Below, in pieces: positions 1-9,522 of a stretch of 64,000 nt of DNA (position 1 is the stretch's first letter; each line of letters opens with the position of its first letter). Position numbers and translations under genes: made by a program. The notes beneath the pieces are model-generated. The model searched no databases and was not told where the DNA came from. It was given only the letters and a program-made list of their open reading frames with translations. The DNA is from a virus: positions 1 to 64,000 of the IMG/VR virus record IMGVR_UViG_3300042892_002114; one strand, written 5' to 3'.

Positions 1-260
1 CCACTGCTGCCGTCTGTTCCGCTGGCACCACTACTTCCGTTGGCTCCGCTGGTTCCACTGCTGCCGTCTGTTCCACTGGCACCACTACTTCCGTTGGCAC
101 CACTGGTTCCACTTGTTCCGCTATAACTCAAAGCATAACTTGCTGTGATAGCATAACTTGCTGAAGCATATGCAAAGCCGATCACGGTCAAATCTCCGTT
201 AATTTCGGCATTGCCGTTTACAATCAAGCCATTAGAAGCTATAAATGCGTTTGGTATCAT
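1..260 (-). CDS. 5' part of a collagen-like (Gly-X-Y) fibre/structural protein, running off the window
   Basis: Not in the ORF track. ATG at 260 overlaps the TGA of 257..1579 (ATGA). Translates as MIPNAFIASNGLIVNGNAEINGDLTVIGFAYASASYAITASYALSYSGTSGTSGANGSSGASGTDGSSGTSGANGSSGASGTDGSS. Confidence 0.8.
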   Translation of the reverse strand, partial: MIPNAFIASNGLIVNGNAEINGDLTVIGFAYASASYAITASYALSYSGTSGTSGANGSSGASGTDGSSGTSGANGSSGASGTDGSS

Positions 261-1579
261 ACAACCATCTTTATATATTTAACTGTCCATGTTCCAGACA
301 GTGGGGTTGCTAGTAGATTTATGCTGCCGCCAACATTATTGACAGACAATGTTACTGGTACAGATCCAATTTGATTTACTTCTGTTATATAATAACTTGA
401 AGATACACTGTTCCAACTTGCCATGACTTCATTAACTTTAACATTTGTATTAGAAACATCATATATAGATACAAGCCATCTTGCAGCATTTCTATCACCA
501 ATCAATTCAGAATCAATTTGAGCAGAACTAGAAATAATTTCAGAGTTGGCAGTTAATGATCCTGTAGCTCCAGAAATACCAGTAATATTTACAGTTTCAA
601 ATGTATTGGTTGCGTTATTGTTTGTAATGTTGTAGATTATGTTTTGAGATATTGGTGGTTGATTTGAATCAGCTAAGTTTCCATCATTAACAGACACAGA
701 TGTATGTTCTCCAGATTCTCCAATTGCACCAACAATTTTTTCATGAACATCAAATACAACTTTTCTTGGTGTAAATGCTTTTTGAACAACTGATTTATAA
801 TTTTCAAATTTATCTGGTAATAAATAAGCATTTACCATTATGCTAAATGTGCTGCGTACAATACGATCTTGACCAGCATCATTTGTTGTTTCAAAATTAT
901 AATCGCTGATGCTTGTTCTAAATTTGAATCTATTTTTATCACCCCAATAATCTTCTGTAGCAAAATTTATTGCTTCTACAACAGCATTGCCTTGTTCAAT
1001 CAGTTCTGTCCATATAATAAATTCATAGTTAATAATAACATGATCTGGCATTGCTACACTATAAATTTCTTTCACAGGCATGAATCCAGACATGGCAGAA
1101 AATCTATCATATTTATTCTTTTCAGAAAAATGTTTTACTGCTGGATATTGTAAGTAACGATTGAGTGTAATTAAATTATCATTGCGTTGCATGGTGCTTC
1201 TGCGAAAAGCAATAACTGGTGTTTGTATTTTACCATTATGATCTCTAATCACACCATCTTGTTGAATAGATTTCCATTTTTCTGGTGAAGCATAATTTAT
1301 TGGCACTTTTATTTGACGACCAGCATCTATTATTGTAGGAGATATAACAGTATCAAGATGTGTTAAAATAGCAGTATCAATATCAATGAGTGTAACTGAA
1401 AAATTCTTTTGAGCATCTGTGTCTCTACGTAAATCATATGCTCTATTTGGCTTGTGATTTGGACCATAAGCAGCCTCTACTACTGGCTTTTTAGATTCAG
1501 CCATTTCATGTCCATGATTTATTGGATTATGTGGTGGGTTATTTGCCACTGGTTTAGTTGTTGGTCCACGCCATGCCAT
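257..1579 (-). CDS. gp15: T4 gp15-like tail terminator/sheath stabiliser with C-terminal extension
   Basis: VPINYASPEKW...PVIAFRR resembles the gp15 VPxxYxxxEKW...LPxxxF pattern; lies downstream of gp13/gp14-like genes. Confidence 0.7.
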   Translation of the reverse strand: MAWRGPTTKPVANNPPHNPINHGHEMAESKKPVVEAAYGPNHKPNRAYDLRRDTDAQKNFSVTLIDIDTAILTHLDTVISPTIIDAGRQIKVPINYASPEKWKSIQQDGVIRDHNGKIQTPVIAFRRSTMQRNDNLITLNRYLQYPAVKHFSEKNKYDRFSAMSGFMPVKEIYSVAMPDHVIINYEFIIWTELIEQGNAVVEAINFATEDYWGDKNRFKFRTSISDYNFETTNDAGQDRIVRSTFSIMVNAYLLPDKFENYKSVVQKAFTPRKVVFDVHEKIVGAIGESGEHTSVSVNDGNLADSNQPPISQNIIYNITNNNATNTFETVNITGISGATGSLTANSEIISSSAQIDSELIGDRNAARWLVSIYDVSNTNVKVNEVMASWNSVSSSYYITEVNQIGSVPVTLSVNNVGGSINLLATPLSGTWTVKYIKMVV

Positions 1580-1672
1580 ATTATATTGAGTTGTTTATAT
1601 AAATAGCGAGTGAGAGTAATAAAATAACAAAATGTTCATTGTTTTTAGTTTTTCATTGATATTTATTAGTAT

Positions 1673-1816
1673 ATGCCAAGAAAACGAAAATATAACACAA
1701 AAGAAGAAATCATAGACGCTCGTAGAAAATGGGCAAATGAATACTATGCAAAGAACCGCAAAAAGGTTCAAGAAAAGCGAATGGAGCGATATTATGCCGA
1801 AACGAAGCACAACTGA
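1673..1816 (+). CDS. Small basic 47-aa peptide overlapping the 5' end of an endonuclease gene
   Basis: MPRKRKYNTKEEIIDARRKWANEYYAKNRKKVQEKRMERYYAETKHN; TATTTAT 6 nt upstream; homologous to 44096..44254. Confidence 0.7.
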   Translation: MPRKRKYNTKEEIIDARRKWANEYYAKNRKKVQEKRMERYYAETKHN

Positions 1817-3122
1817 GGATTTTGTTGATAGAGCCAGAAAAATTCACGGGGATAAGTATGACTATTCCAAATCGGTTTATACGAGATCCTGTGATAAAGT
1901 AATCACAATTTGTAAAGAACATGGTGAATTTTTATGTAGAGCAAATGACCATTTATATAATAAAACTGGGTGTTCAAAGTGTGCAAAACAATACACTCCC
2001 ACGACCGAGGAGTTTATAGATAGAGCAAAAAGAGTTCATGGTGATAGATATGACTATTCCAAATCGGTTTATGCCGGTGCCGCAGTCAAGTTGACCGTGA
2101 TTTGTAAAAAGCATGGTGAATTTTATCCAACTGCTGCAAATCATTGCAATGGTAGCGGGTGTAAAAAATGCGGTTATGAAAGTAATAAAATTTCACTATC
2201 TGTTTCGCAGGAGGAATTTATCGAGCGAGCAAAGCAAATTCACAAAAACAAATATGACTATTCCAAATCAGTTTATACAAAAGGACACAAAAAAATAAAA
2301 ATAATATGCCCAACGCACGGAGAATTTATTCAACAAGCAAATTCTCATTTATACGGTACGGGGTGTATGTTGTGTAGAAACGAAAGAAACACTAATACGA
2401 CTGAAGAGTTTATAAATCTTGCTAAAAAAATACACGGCGATAAATATGACTATTCTAAAACTGTATATATAGGTTGTAAAATAAGAGTCGTAATAACTTG
2501 CTCAACTCACGGGGATTTTGAACAATTTCCGACATCGCATGTTGGTAAAGGAAGCAAAAACCAATGCGGATGTCCACAATGCTACATGGACAAGCACAGA
2601 ACATCCACCGAGAAACTTGTTAAAGAGTGTAAAAAAGTTCATAAAAATTTTTACGACTATTCCAAAACGGAGTATATTGACGCATATACAAAAATTAAAA
2701 TAATATGTCCAACACACGGAGTTTTTTCACAATCTCCATTCAGCCACAGAGCCGGTCAGGGTTGTAAAAAATGTACATCAAATGTTTCCAATAAAGAAAC
2801 AAAATTTCTAGATGAACTTAAAATTCCAGAAACAGGTCGTCAAAAAAGAATAAAAAAATATTTGGTGGATGGAGTTCACAAAAATGTTGTTTACGAATTT
2901 CTTGGTGATTATTGGCACGGAAACCCATCGGTACATAAACAAGAAGAAGTCAATAGAGTCACAAAAACAACTTTTGGCGAACTATATGCGGAGACGCTCA
3001 AGAAGTTTAAGACACTACACAAGATGGGCTATACCATAAAGTATATCTGGGAACTGGATTGGGACAACTGGACCAAAGTCAAATCTTCCCCATTAGAGAT
3101 ACACGAATATAAAAATCACTGA
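1794..3122 (+). CDS. Putative homing endonuclease: five Cys/His zinc-binding repeats plus C-terminal PD-(D/E)xK (Vsr/DUF559-like) nuclease
   Basis: Five repeats of TTEEFI..AK.IHG.KYDYSK..Y...CxxHGEF...GCxxC, then YLVDG...VYEFLGDYWHGNP. Inserted antisense between gp14 and gp15. ORF is open from 1737; ATG 1794 is the likelier start. Confidence 0.8.
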   Translation: MPKRSTTEDFVDRARKIHGDKYDYSKSVYTRSCDKVITICKEHGEFLCRANDHLYNKTGCSKCAKQYTPTTEEFIDRAKRVHGDRYDYSKSVYAGAAVKLTVICKKHGEFYPTAANHCNGSGCKKCGYESNKISLSVSQEEFIERAKQIHKNKYDYSKSVYTKGHKKIKIICPTHGEFIQQANSHLYGTGCMLCRNERNTNTTEEFINLAKKIHGDKYDYSKTVYIGCKIRVVITCSTHGDFEQFPTSHVGKGSKNQCGCPQCYMDKHRTSTEKLVKECKKVHKNFYDYSKTEYIDAYTKIKIICPTHGVFSQSPFSHRAGQGCKKCTSNVSNKETKFLDELKIPETGRQKRIKKYLVDGVHKNVVYEFLGDYWHGNPSVHKQEEVNRVTKTTFGELYAETLKKFKTLHKMGYTIKYIWELDWDNWTKVKSSPLEIHEYKNH

Positions 3123-3592
3123 TTTCTTTCTAAAATGTTTAGTGAAGTGTACTTGGTATAGTGCGCGTTGCAAATTATACTGTGGTTCTTATCACTCTGA
3201 CCCCCCAGCAGCTGCTCAGATATAACCGAATCCAATTCATAAAATTTATCGTTGAAGAATACTACATCGCCAATTTCTGGATAAAATTCTAATTGCTTTA
3301 ACATTTTTTCACGCATCTTGAAAATATGATCTTGATTTCTATTTGGTCCGAAATCGTCAAATTCTGCCGTCATTTCAGATCTTTCTATAAGTGCAGATAT
3401 TTGAACTGCTGGAAAATACCATTTACCAGTTTCTGATGAAGTTTCACCATATATATTTGTTTTGGTTTCATTTGGACAAATTTTAAATATTTGAATAAGA
3501 TTTTCAATAATTTCGCCCATCAATTCGCCGTTGAGAGAATTGATTAAGTTTAAGTCCCGTGTGCTAAAATATCTTCCTTTTAGTGATGCCAT
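3116..3592 (-). CDS. gp14: Neck/head-closure protein, gp14-like
   Basis: NIYGE, FG, PEIGDVV and YELDSV motifs of gp14-type head-closure proteins; synteny with gp13 and gp15. Confidence 0.65.
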   Translation of the reverse strand: MASLKGRYFSTRDLNLINSLNGELMGEIIENLIQIFKICPNETKTNIYGETSSETGKWYFPAVQISALIERSEMTAEFDDFGPNRNQDHIFKMREKMLKQLEFYPEIGDVVFFNDKFYELDSVISEQLLGGQSDKNHSIICNAHYTKYTSLNILERNQ

Positions 3593-3599
3593 AAATATG

Positions 3600-6356
3600 T
3601 TATGTTAGTGAATAACCGGCTGCTGCTAGACCCTGTCTTGCAGATCCAACACCTGTTGTGTCATTTGCTACAACACCTGTATTACTAACCAGATTGGTTA
3701 TTGATAAATTGCTACCATTAAATCCATATCCAAATATTGCTTTGTCGCTGCCATAACCAGACGCAGCTGGCTCTTTTCTGGCGGTACCAACACCCGTCGT
3801 GTCTGTGGCTACAACACCTGTGTTACTAACAAGATTGGTCATTGATAAATAATTAGTACCAGTAGTAGTTCCATATCCAAAAATTGCTTTATCCGTTCCA
3901 TATCCCGTCGCTGCTATATGAAATCTTGGCGTGCCAACACCGGCTGTATCACTTGCTACAACGCCTGTATTGTTTACAAGATTGGTTATTGCGCTTGTCT
4001 GCCCATATCCAAATATTGCTTTGTCACTGCCATAACCAGCCGCTGCCAGATTATGTCTAGCAGGGTTAACGTTTGATGTGTCAGTTGATACAACACCCGT
4101 ATTACTTACCAGATTGATTATTGCTACGCTATTATTTGTGTATCCATATCCAAAAATAGCCTTGTCTGACCCATAACCCGCCGCTGCTAAAGCACGTCTG
4201 GTCGTGCCAACACCCGTTGTATCAGTTGCTACAACACCTGTATTGCTTACAAGATTGGTTAGTGAATAATTTTGATCGTACCCCGCCGTCGTGCCATATC
4301 CAAATAGTGCTTTGTCGGTGCCATAACCTGCTGCTGCCAGATACCATCTGGCAGTTCCAACTCCCGTTGTATCATTTGCTACAACTCCGGTGTTACTTAC
4401 GAGATTTGTCATTGAAACAACTCCGGTTGTATATCCATATCCAAATATAGCTTTTTGTGTTCCTGATAAAGCAATAGGATCAGCAAATACTTTTCTAAAT
4501 TTCATTCCACCAATTGTTGGTGCATTTACTGAATAGCCCGCCGCTGCTAAAGCTTGTCTCGCTGTACCTACACCTGCTGTATCAGTTGCTACAACCCCAG
4601 TATTACTTACAAGATTGGTTATTGAGGTTGCGGCGGCGGCATATCCATATCCAAATATAGATTTATCACCAGCATAACCTGCAGCTGCTAGATAAAATCT
4701 TGATGTACCTACACCTGCTGTATCAGTTGCTACAACACCTGTATTACTAACAAGATTAGTTAATGATACCACTCCACCCGCCGCATTTGTGTTAGTTCCA
4801 TATCCAAATATAACTTTGTCTGTTCCGTAACTTGCTGCTGCTAAAATAGATCTTGCTGTACCAACTCCAGTTGTATCAGTTGCTACAACACCAGTATTAC
4901 TTACAAGATTTGTTATTGATGTAACAGCACCTGTATATCCATATCCAAATATAGCTTTATCTGATCCATAACCGGCTGCTGCTAAAGATTGTCTCGCTGT
5001 ACCAACACCCGTTGTATCAGTTGCTACAACCCCCGTGTTGCTGACTTTGTTGGTTATTGCTGTAACAGCTCCAGTACTTCCATATCCAAATATAGATTTG
5101 TCTGATCCATAACTCGCAGCCGCTAATAGTACTCTGGCCGATCCAACGCCCGTTGTGTCTGCTGCTACAACGCCTGTGTTACTTACAAGATTTGTTATTG
5201 AAACTTGAGTTGGTGTTTGTCCATATCCAAATATTGCTTTGTCACTTCCATAACCAGCGGCTGCTAGATTATATCTCCCAGTCCCAACCCCAGTTGTGTC
5301 TGCTGCTACAACGCCTGTGTCACTTACTAAATTAGTTGTTGATACAGCACTTGGTGTATATCCATATCCAAATATAGCTTTTTGTGTTCCTGTGACAGTA
5401 GCTGCATTAAATCTATTCTTATATTTTATTCCATTTGGTGCCGGTATTGTAGTTTTTGAAAAACCTGCGGCTGCTAGACCATATCTTGCTGTGCCAACAC
5501 CCGTGGTGTCAGTTGCCACAACGCCAGTATTACTTACGAGATTGGTTATTGATTTACCGCCGCCACTATTATATCCATATCCAAAAATTGCTTTATCACT
5601 TCCATAACCAGCCGCCGACAATCTGCTTCTTATTGTTCCAACACCGGATGTATCAGTTGATACAACACCCGTATTACTTACAAGATTGGTTATTGATACA
5701 TACGTGGTTGTAAATCCATATCCAAATATTGCTTTGTCATTGCCATAACCGGCTGCTGCTAGTTCATATCTCGCGGTTCCAACACCCGTTGTATCACCCG
5801 CCACAACACCTATGTTACTTACACGATTGGTTATTGAAAGATTAGCGCCATTGTCTCCATAACCAAATATAGCTTTGTCACTTCCATAACCAGCAGCCGC
5901 TGGACCCGTTCTCGCCGTTCCAACGCCAGTTGTGTCGGTCGCTACAACTCCGACGTTGCTGACTTTATTGGTCATTGACCGATAACCACCACCAATCCCA
6001 TACCCAAATATTGCTTTGTCAGTTCCATAACCCGCAGCTGCTAGATAGTTTCTGGCTGTTCCAACTCCGCTTGTGTCAGTTGCTACAACACCAGTATTAC
6101 TGACAAGATTGGTAATTGCTGTAGCAGTGCCCGTACTTCCATACCCAAAAATAGCTTTGTCTGACCCATAACCAGCCGCTGCTAAACCGACTCTTGCTGT
6201 ACCAACTCCCGTTGTGTCATTTGCTACAACGCCGGTGTTGCTTACAAGATTAGTAATTGAAAAATAACCAGCATTATTTCCATACCCAAATATTGCTTTT
6301 TGAGTTCCTGCTAAAACAGTTGGTATATTACTTCTATTTAAATATTTTATAGCCAT
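3600..6356 (-). CDS. Kelch-like repeat protein, 3 x 6 repeats (probably three six-bladed beta-propellers); likely virion appendage
   Basis: 18 repeats of about 47 aa, KAIFGYG-loop-SITNLVSNTGVVATDTTGVGTARxxLAAAGYGSD, in three blocks separated by linkers. Confidence 0.75.
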   Translation of the reverse strand: MAIKYLNRSNIPTVLAGTQKAIFGYGNNAGYFSITNLVSNTGVVANDTTGVGTARVGLAAAGYGSDKAIFGYGSTGTATAITNLVSNTGVVATDTSGVGTARNYLAAAGYGTDKAIFGYGIGGGYRSMTNKVSNVGVVATDTTGVGTARTGPAAAGYGSDKAIFGYGDNGANLSITNRVSNIGVVAGDTTGVGTARYELAAAGYGNDKAIFGYGFTTTYVSITNLVSNTGVVSTDTSGVGTIRSRLSAAGYGSDKAIFGYGYNSGGGKSITNLVSNTGVVATDTTGVGTARYGLAAAGFSKTTIPAPNGIKYKNRFNAATVTGTQKAIFGYGYTPSAVSTTNLVSDTGVVAADTTGVGTGRYNLAAAGYGSDKAIFGYGQTPTQVSITNLVSNTGVVAADTTGVGSARVLLAAASYGSDKSIFGYGSTGAVTAITNKVSNTGVVATDTTGVGTARQSLAAAGYGSDKAIFGYGYTGAVTSITNLVSNTGVVATDTTGVGTARSILAAASYGTDKVIFGYGTNTNAAGGVVSLTNLVSNTGVVATDTAGVGTSRFYLAAAGYAGDKSIFGYGYAAAATSITNLVSNTGVVATDTAGVGTARQALAAAGYSVNAPTIGGMKFRKVFADPIALSGTQKAIFGYGYTTGVVSMTNLVSNTGVVANDTTGVGTARWYLAAAGYGTDKALFGYGTTAGYDQNYSLTNLVSNTGVVATDTTGVGTTRRALAAAGYGSDKAIFGYGYTNNSVAIINLVSNTGVVSTDTSNVNPARHNLAAAGYGSDKAIFGYGQTSAITNLVNNTGVVASDTAGVGTPRFHIAATGYGTDKAIFGYGTTTGTNYLSMTNLVSNTGVVATDTTGVGTARKEPAASGYGSDKAIFGYGFNGSNLSITNLVSNTGVVANDTTGVGSARQGLAAAGYSLT

Positions 6357-6362
6357 ATGATT

Positions 6363-6770
6363 TTATGAGAATATCAACTTTTTCATTTGTTCTGATGTGA
6401 TTGGTTCATCTTCGCGTATGCGAATTATCTTATATCCTTTATCAGCAGCTATTTTATTTTTCAGTTCATCTACTATCATACTCTTTTTTTGAAATATATA
6501 TTTTGCATCTTTGGCAGTTTTTGGATGCCAAAATGCTCCATCAAATTCAAATAAAATATTTTCATCCGGTAAATATGCATCATAAAATCTACCTCCCATT
6601 GGATATTGATGAACATAATATACTCCAATTTCATCAAGCATATTATAATACTTGATTTCCAATGAAGTAAAATTTGTTGGCGGCTTCATAGTTTTTTTCA
6701 CACCAATATACTTTAGTCGTCGTCTTTCACTCTTTGACATTACCATATCTAATATAGAAAAAGGTTTCAT
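6363..6770 (-). CDS. DUF559/Vsr-like endonuclease
   Basis: HQY...RFYDAYL...LFEFDGAFWH...DELKNKIA..KGYKIIRIRE. Confidence 0.75.
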   Translation of the reverse strand: MKPFSILDMVMSKSERRRLKYIGVKKTMKPPTNFTSLEIKYYNMLDEIGVYYVHQYPMGGRFYDAYLPDENILFEFDGAFWHPKTAKDAKYIFQKKSMIVDELKNKIAADKGYKIIRIREDEPITSEQMKKLIFS

Positions 6771-6773
6771 TTT

Positions 6774-7991
6774 TTAACCAATATAAATTCCGAGTGGAAC
6801 TCGCTGTAGAGTGGATTGTAGTTGTTGCGATTCTGCTTCACGCATTTCCATTTGAGCCTTGCGACCTGTTGCTTCTAAATTCTCTCTCAACTGTGTAATC
6901 AAATCTGTTTTTTCGGCAGCAGCTTCTTGACGCAGTTCTCCACCATCCAATGTAACTTCTGCACCTGGTATTGGAATAGTTTGATACTTTTGACGAATGC
7001 TGCCCAATAGTTCTTTGCACAATGCTAAAAAGTATTTGCGTATCCATTGCTTGCCAACACTATTGATGCCGCTGTATGGAATATTATTGTATGGAACATT
7101 GCTATAATCTCCAATGGTATTTGAAGAAACATAAGAACCGCTTGCATTATAAAATGAACCAGAATTATAAATGCCCTGACTGTCTCTGTCTTTAACAAGC
7201 AGATACTCAAAATGCATCTTGTAGTTATAAGTCGGAATTGGAAATATTTTTACTTTGTTATTAACCAACTCAAAGCTATATCCAGATTTACGCACCAAAT
7301 CATTGAATTCAATAGCTTGCATACGCAACAAATCTTCAAATATTGGTGTCATCAAAAATTGAGTAGCAGGCGAATAACCAGCAAAACCCATTTCATTTAA
7401 TACATTGCTATAACTCATACCTGTCATACTAAATGGATCATATATACGAGCGGATGCAGGTGGCATATTATGAAAAATTCTGCGAATTTCAATTCTATCA
7501 AAACTTTCACTCACATCTCCCCACAATGCTTGTAGATCATATGATTGTTGTCCTTTTTGAACATCAACATAACCTTTTTTCCAATCCACATTTCCACCCA
7601 CACCAAACTCTGTGCCATAGCCTTGTGCCAATTTTATGAGTTGTGGTAATCCACTACCAGCCACATTTGTTTGAGTAAGATTTACATTGGCAGAAGTTCC
7701 TTGTAGCACACCAATATTATTACGAATATTAAATTGATTTACTTGTGCTCCATATTCATTCACAGCTTCTTCAAAACATGCATAAAAATTTATGTCTATC
7801 ATTTCAATATCAACAATAGGATAACCCAAACGAGTTGCTGCCCATCTGGCAGCATTTGGTGCTTCTGTTTTGAACTGCACATCGGTTTCATAAAAACCAA
7901 ATGGAGTGCTTCCGGTTGTGATTAAGGAACCAGAACCGGGCCAGCGGTTTCTATCTTGGTCAATATTGTAATTTATACTCGTGTCGGGCAT
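6774..7991 (-). CDS. gp13: Neck/head-tail adaptor protein, gp13-like
   Basis: RLGYPIVDIE near the N-terminus; WIRKYFLALCKELLG..R.KY..IP.PG..VTLDG near the C-terminus. Confidence 0.8.
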   Translation of the reverse strand: MPDTSINYNIDQDRNRWPGSGSLITTGSTPFGFYETDVQFKTEAPNAARWAATRLGYPIVDIEMIDINFYACFEEAVNEYGAQVNQFNIRNNIGVLQGTSANVNLTQTNVAGSGLPQLIKLAQGYGTEFGVGGNVDWKKGYVDVQKGQQSYDLQALWGDVSESFDRIEIRRIFHNMPPASARIYDPFSMTGMSYSNVLNEMGFAGYSPATQFLMTPIFEDLLRMQAIEFNDLVRKSGYSFELVNNKVKIFPIPTYNYKMHFEYLLVKDRDSQGIYNSGSFYNASGSYVSSNTIGDYSNVPYNNIPYSGINSVGKQWIRKYFLALCKELLGSIRQKYQTIPIPGAEVTLDGGELRQEAAAEKTDLITQLRENLEATGRKAQMEMREAESQQLQSTLQRVPLGIYIG

Positions 7992-8668
7992 TATGTTGTC
8001 TCCAATAGTTTAATACCAATGTTTTTGAAATTTTCTTTGCTGTTTTTCCATCGTAATTTGGCGGACTCTTTCATCTTACAAATTGTTTCTTCGCTATGCC
8101 TTCTTCCCGTGTGGGCGGATTTCATCAATTCACGAGTTTTTTCGGAGACTCCCACGTTTGCATAAAATGTACGCATTTTAATTTTGAATTCTTCAGTTCT
8201 TGGCCCAAATTTCCTGCCACGGTTTCCGTTTATTCGTATTTTTTCTTTGGTCGCTTCGCTGTGCCGTCTCCGCAGCCCACCAACTCGAAGTTTTTCACGT
8301 GTATCCGATGAACATGCCTGTGGACCACTGCCTCCGATAGTAAGGTTGTACCCATTTTCTCCAAAACTATCCTTTTCCTTTACCCAAAAACGTTCCCAAA
8401 AGTTCAATGATACTTTTGATGGGCAACAATCCATCAATTTGTAGCATGTGAAGTTGACCAATCCATATTTAGCCACGGCCCGAAAAAACAACAGTTGCCC
8501 CGAAAAATGGTTACTTTTATAGTGATACATGCGGCTACCAATTGACATCGAATTTCCAACGTACCATTTACCATTCGCGTTATTTCTCCAACCATACACA
8601 CCGGCGGAAGTAGGACACTTCTCCGTTCTCTGCCCATTTATAAAAATTATATCGTGAACACGTTCCAT
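7991..8668 (-). CDS. GIY-YIG homing endonuclease with NUMOD3-like repeats
   Basis: GVYGWRN..NGKWYVG.S, GYNLTIGG, and repeated HSEATKEKI/HSEETICKM. Start placed at ATG 8668, just after TATTTAT; ORF is open to 8698. Confidence 0.85.
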   Translation of the reverse strand: MERVHDIIFINGQRTEKCPTSAGVYGWRNNANGKWYVGNSMSIGSRMYHYKSNHFSGQLLFFRAVAKYGLVNFTCYKLMDCCPSKVSLNFWERFWVKEKDSFGENGYNLTIGGSGPQACSSDTREKLRVGGLRRRHSEATKEKIRINGNRGRKFGPRTEEFKIKMRTFYANVGVSEKTRELMKSAHTGRRHSEETICKMKESAKLRWKNSKENFKNIGIKLLETT

Positions 8669-8864
8669 ATACTCATAAATATAATGCAACGATGCCATTT
8701 TTATCTCAATTCTCCGTATTTATAGAAAGTATATATGATTAAGCTCAAAGACACACTTGTCAATGGTAACATGATTAAATTAAGACAAGAAGGGGTTGCA
8801 CTCTTTGCATCACGATATTTATTATACGCACAGAATAAATGTTTCATAGATATTTATAATATAT

Positions 8865-9521
8865 ATGCGCATAATCAAACTGAAAGATCTGTTATATGAA
8901 CAAAAACTCATTGAAGCAGTGTCTGACCTTCCTCCAGTAAAATTTATTTCACCACCCGCACAACATGCTTATGCACAGCCAGCGGGAGATGGTGCAGGAA
9001 AGCCATATACTCAGCATAATATTGATTTTAGCGACAGAGGAGACACAGGCAACTTAACAACTCGTGCTGTGAATATAATCAAGCAATTTGAAAACAACAT
9101 CAACAATCCAAAGGGTGGATATAATAAAGCCAAGAAATTATGGTTTCCACATAAAAGTGTTGAAGGCGGCAGTGACACAATTGCTTATGGTCACAAAATT
9201 CAACCAAATGAGGATTTTAGCAAAGGCATAACTGACGATGATGCATTGAAATTACTTGAAAAAGACGCTAATAAAAAGATTGATGTTGCCAAAAAACATA
9301 TAGAAAAATTTGATAGTTTGCCATTAACCGTGAGAATTGCAACAATCAATGCATTATATCGTGGTGACATGGGACCAAAAACAATAAAGTTGTTGAACCA
9401 AAACAAGTTTGCTGATGCTGCAAAGGAATATTTAAACCACAGAGAATATCGCAGCACAAATAATCGTGGTGTAAAAAAACGTATGGACTGGAACGCTGCT
9501 GTATTTAAAGCAGCTGGTTAA
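8865..9521 (+). CDS. Phage lysozyme (GH24/T4-lysozyme-like) with N-terminal leader
   Basis: IKQFE...EGGSDTIAYGHKI...GIT..DA..LL..D...FADAAKEYL...R muramidase pattern. Confidence 0.75.
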   Translation: MRIIKLKDLLYEQKLIEAVSDLPPVKFISPPAQHAYAQPAGDGAGKPYTQHNIDFSDRGDTGNLTTRAVNIIKQFENNINNPKGGYNKAKKLWFPHKSVEGGSDTIAYGHKIQPNEDFSKGITDDDALKLLEKDANKKIDVAKKHIEKFDSLPLTVRIATINALYRGDMGPKTIKLLNQNKFADAAKEYLNHREYRSTNNRGVKKRMDWNAAVFKAAG

Positions 9522-9522
9522 A

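Noticed and set aside
3600-6356. Regular ~141-nt DNA repeats suggesting a CRISPR array or a DGR target
   Set aside because: The repeats are in-frame coding units with synonymous variation. The variable codons checked do not show an adenine-only pattern, and no reverse transcriptase, template repeat or cas gene is in the window.
8434-8637. ORF starting MGRERR inside the GIY-YIG gene as a third copy of the basic peptide
   Set aside because: It lacks the YY and RM.RY motifs and has a different frame offset.
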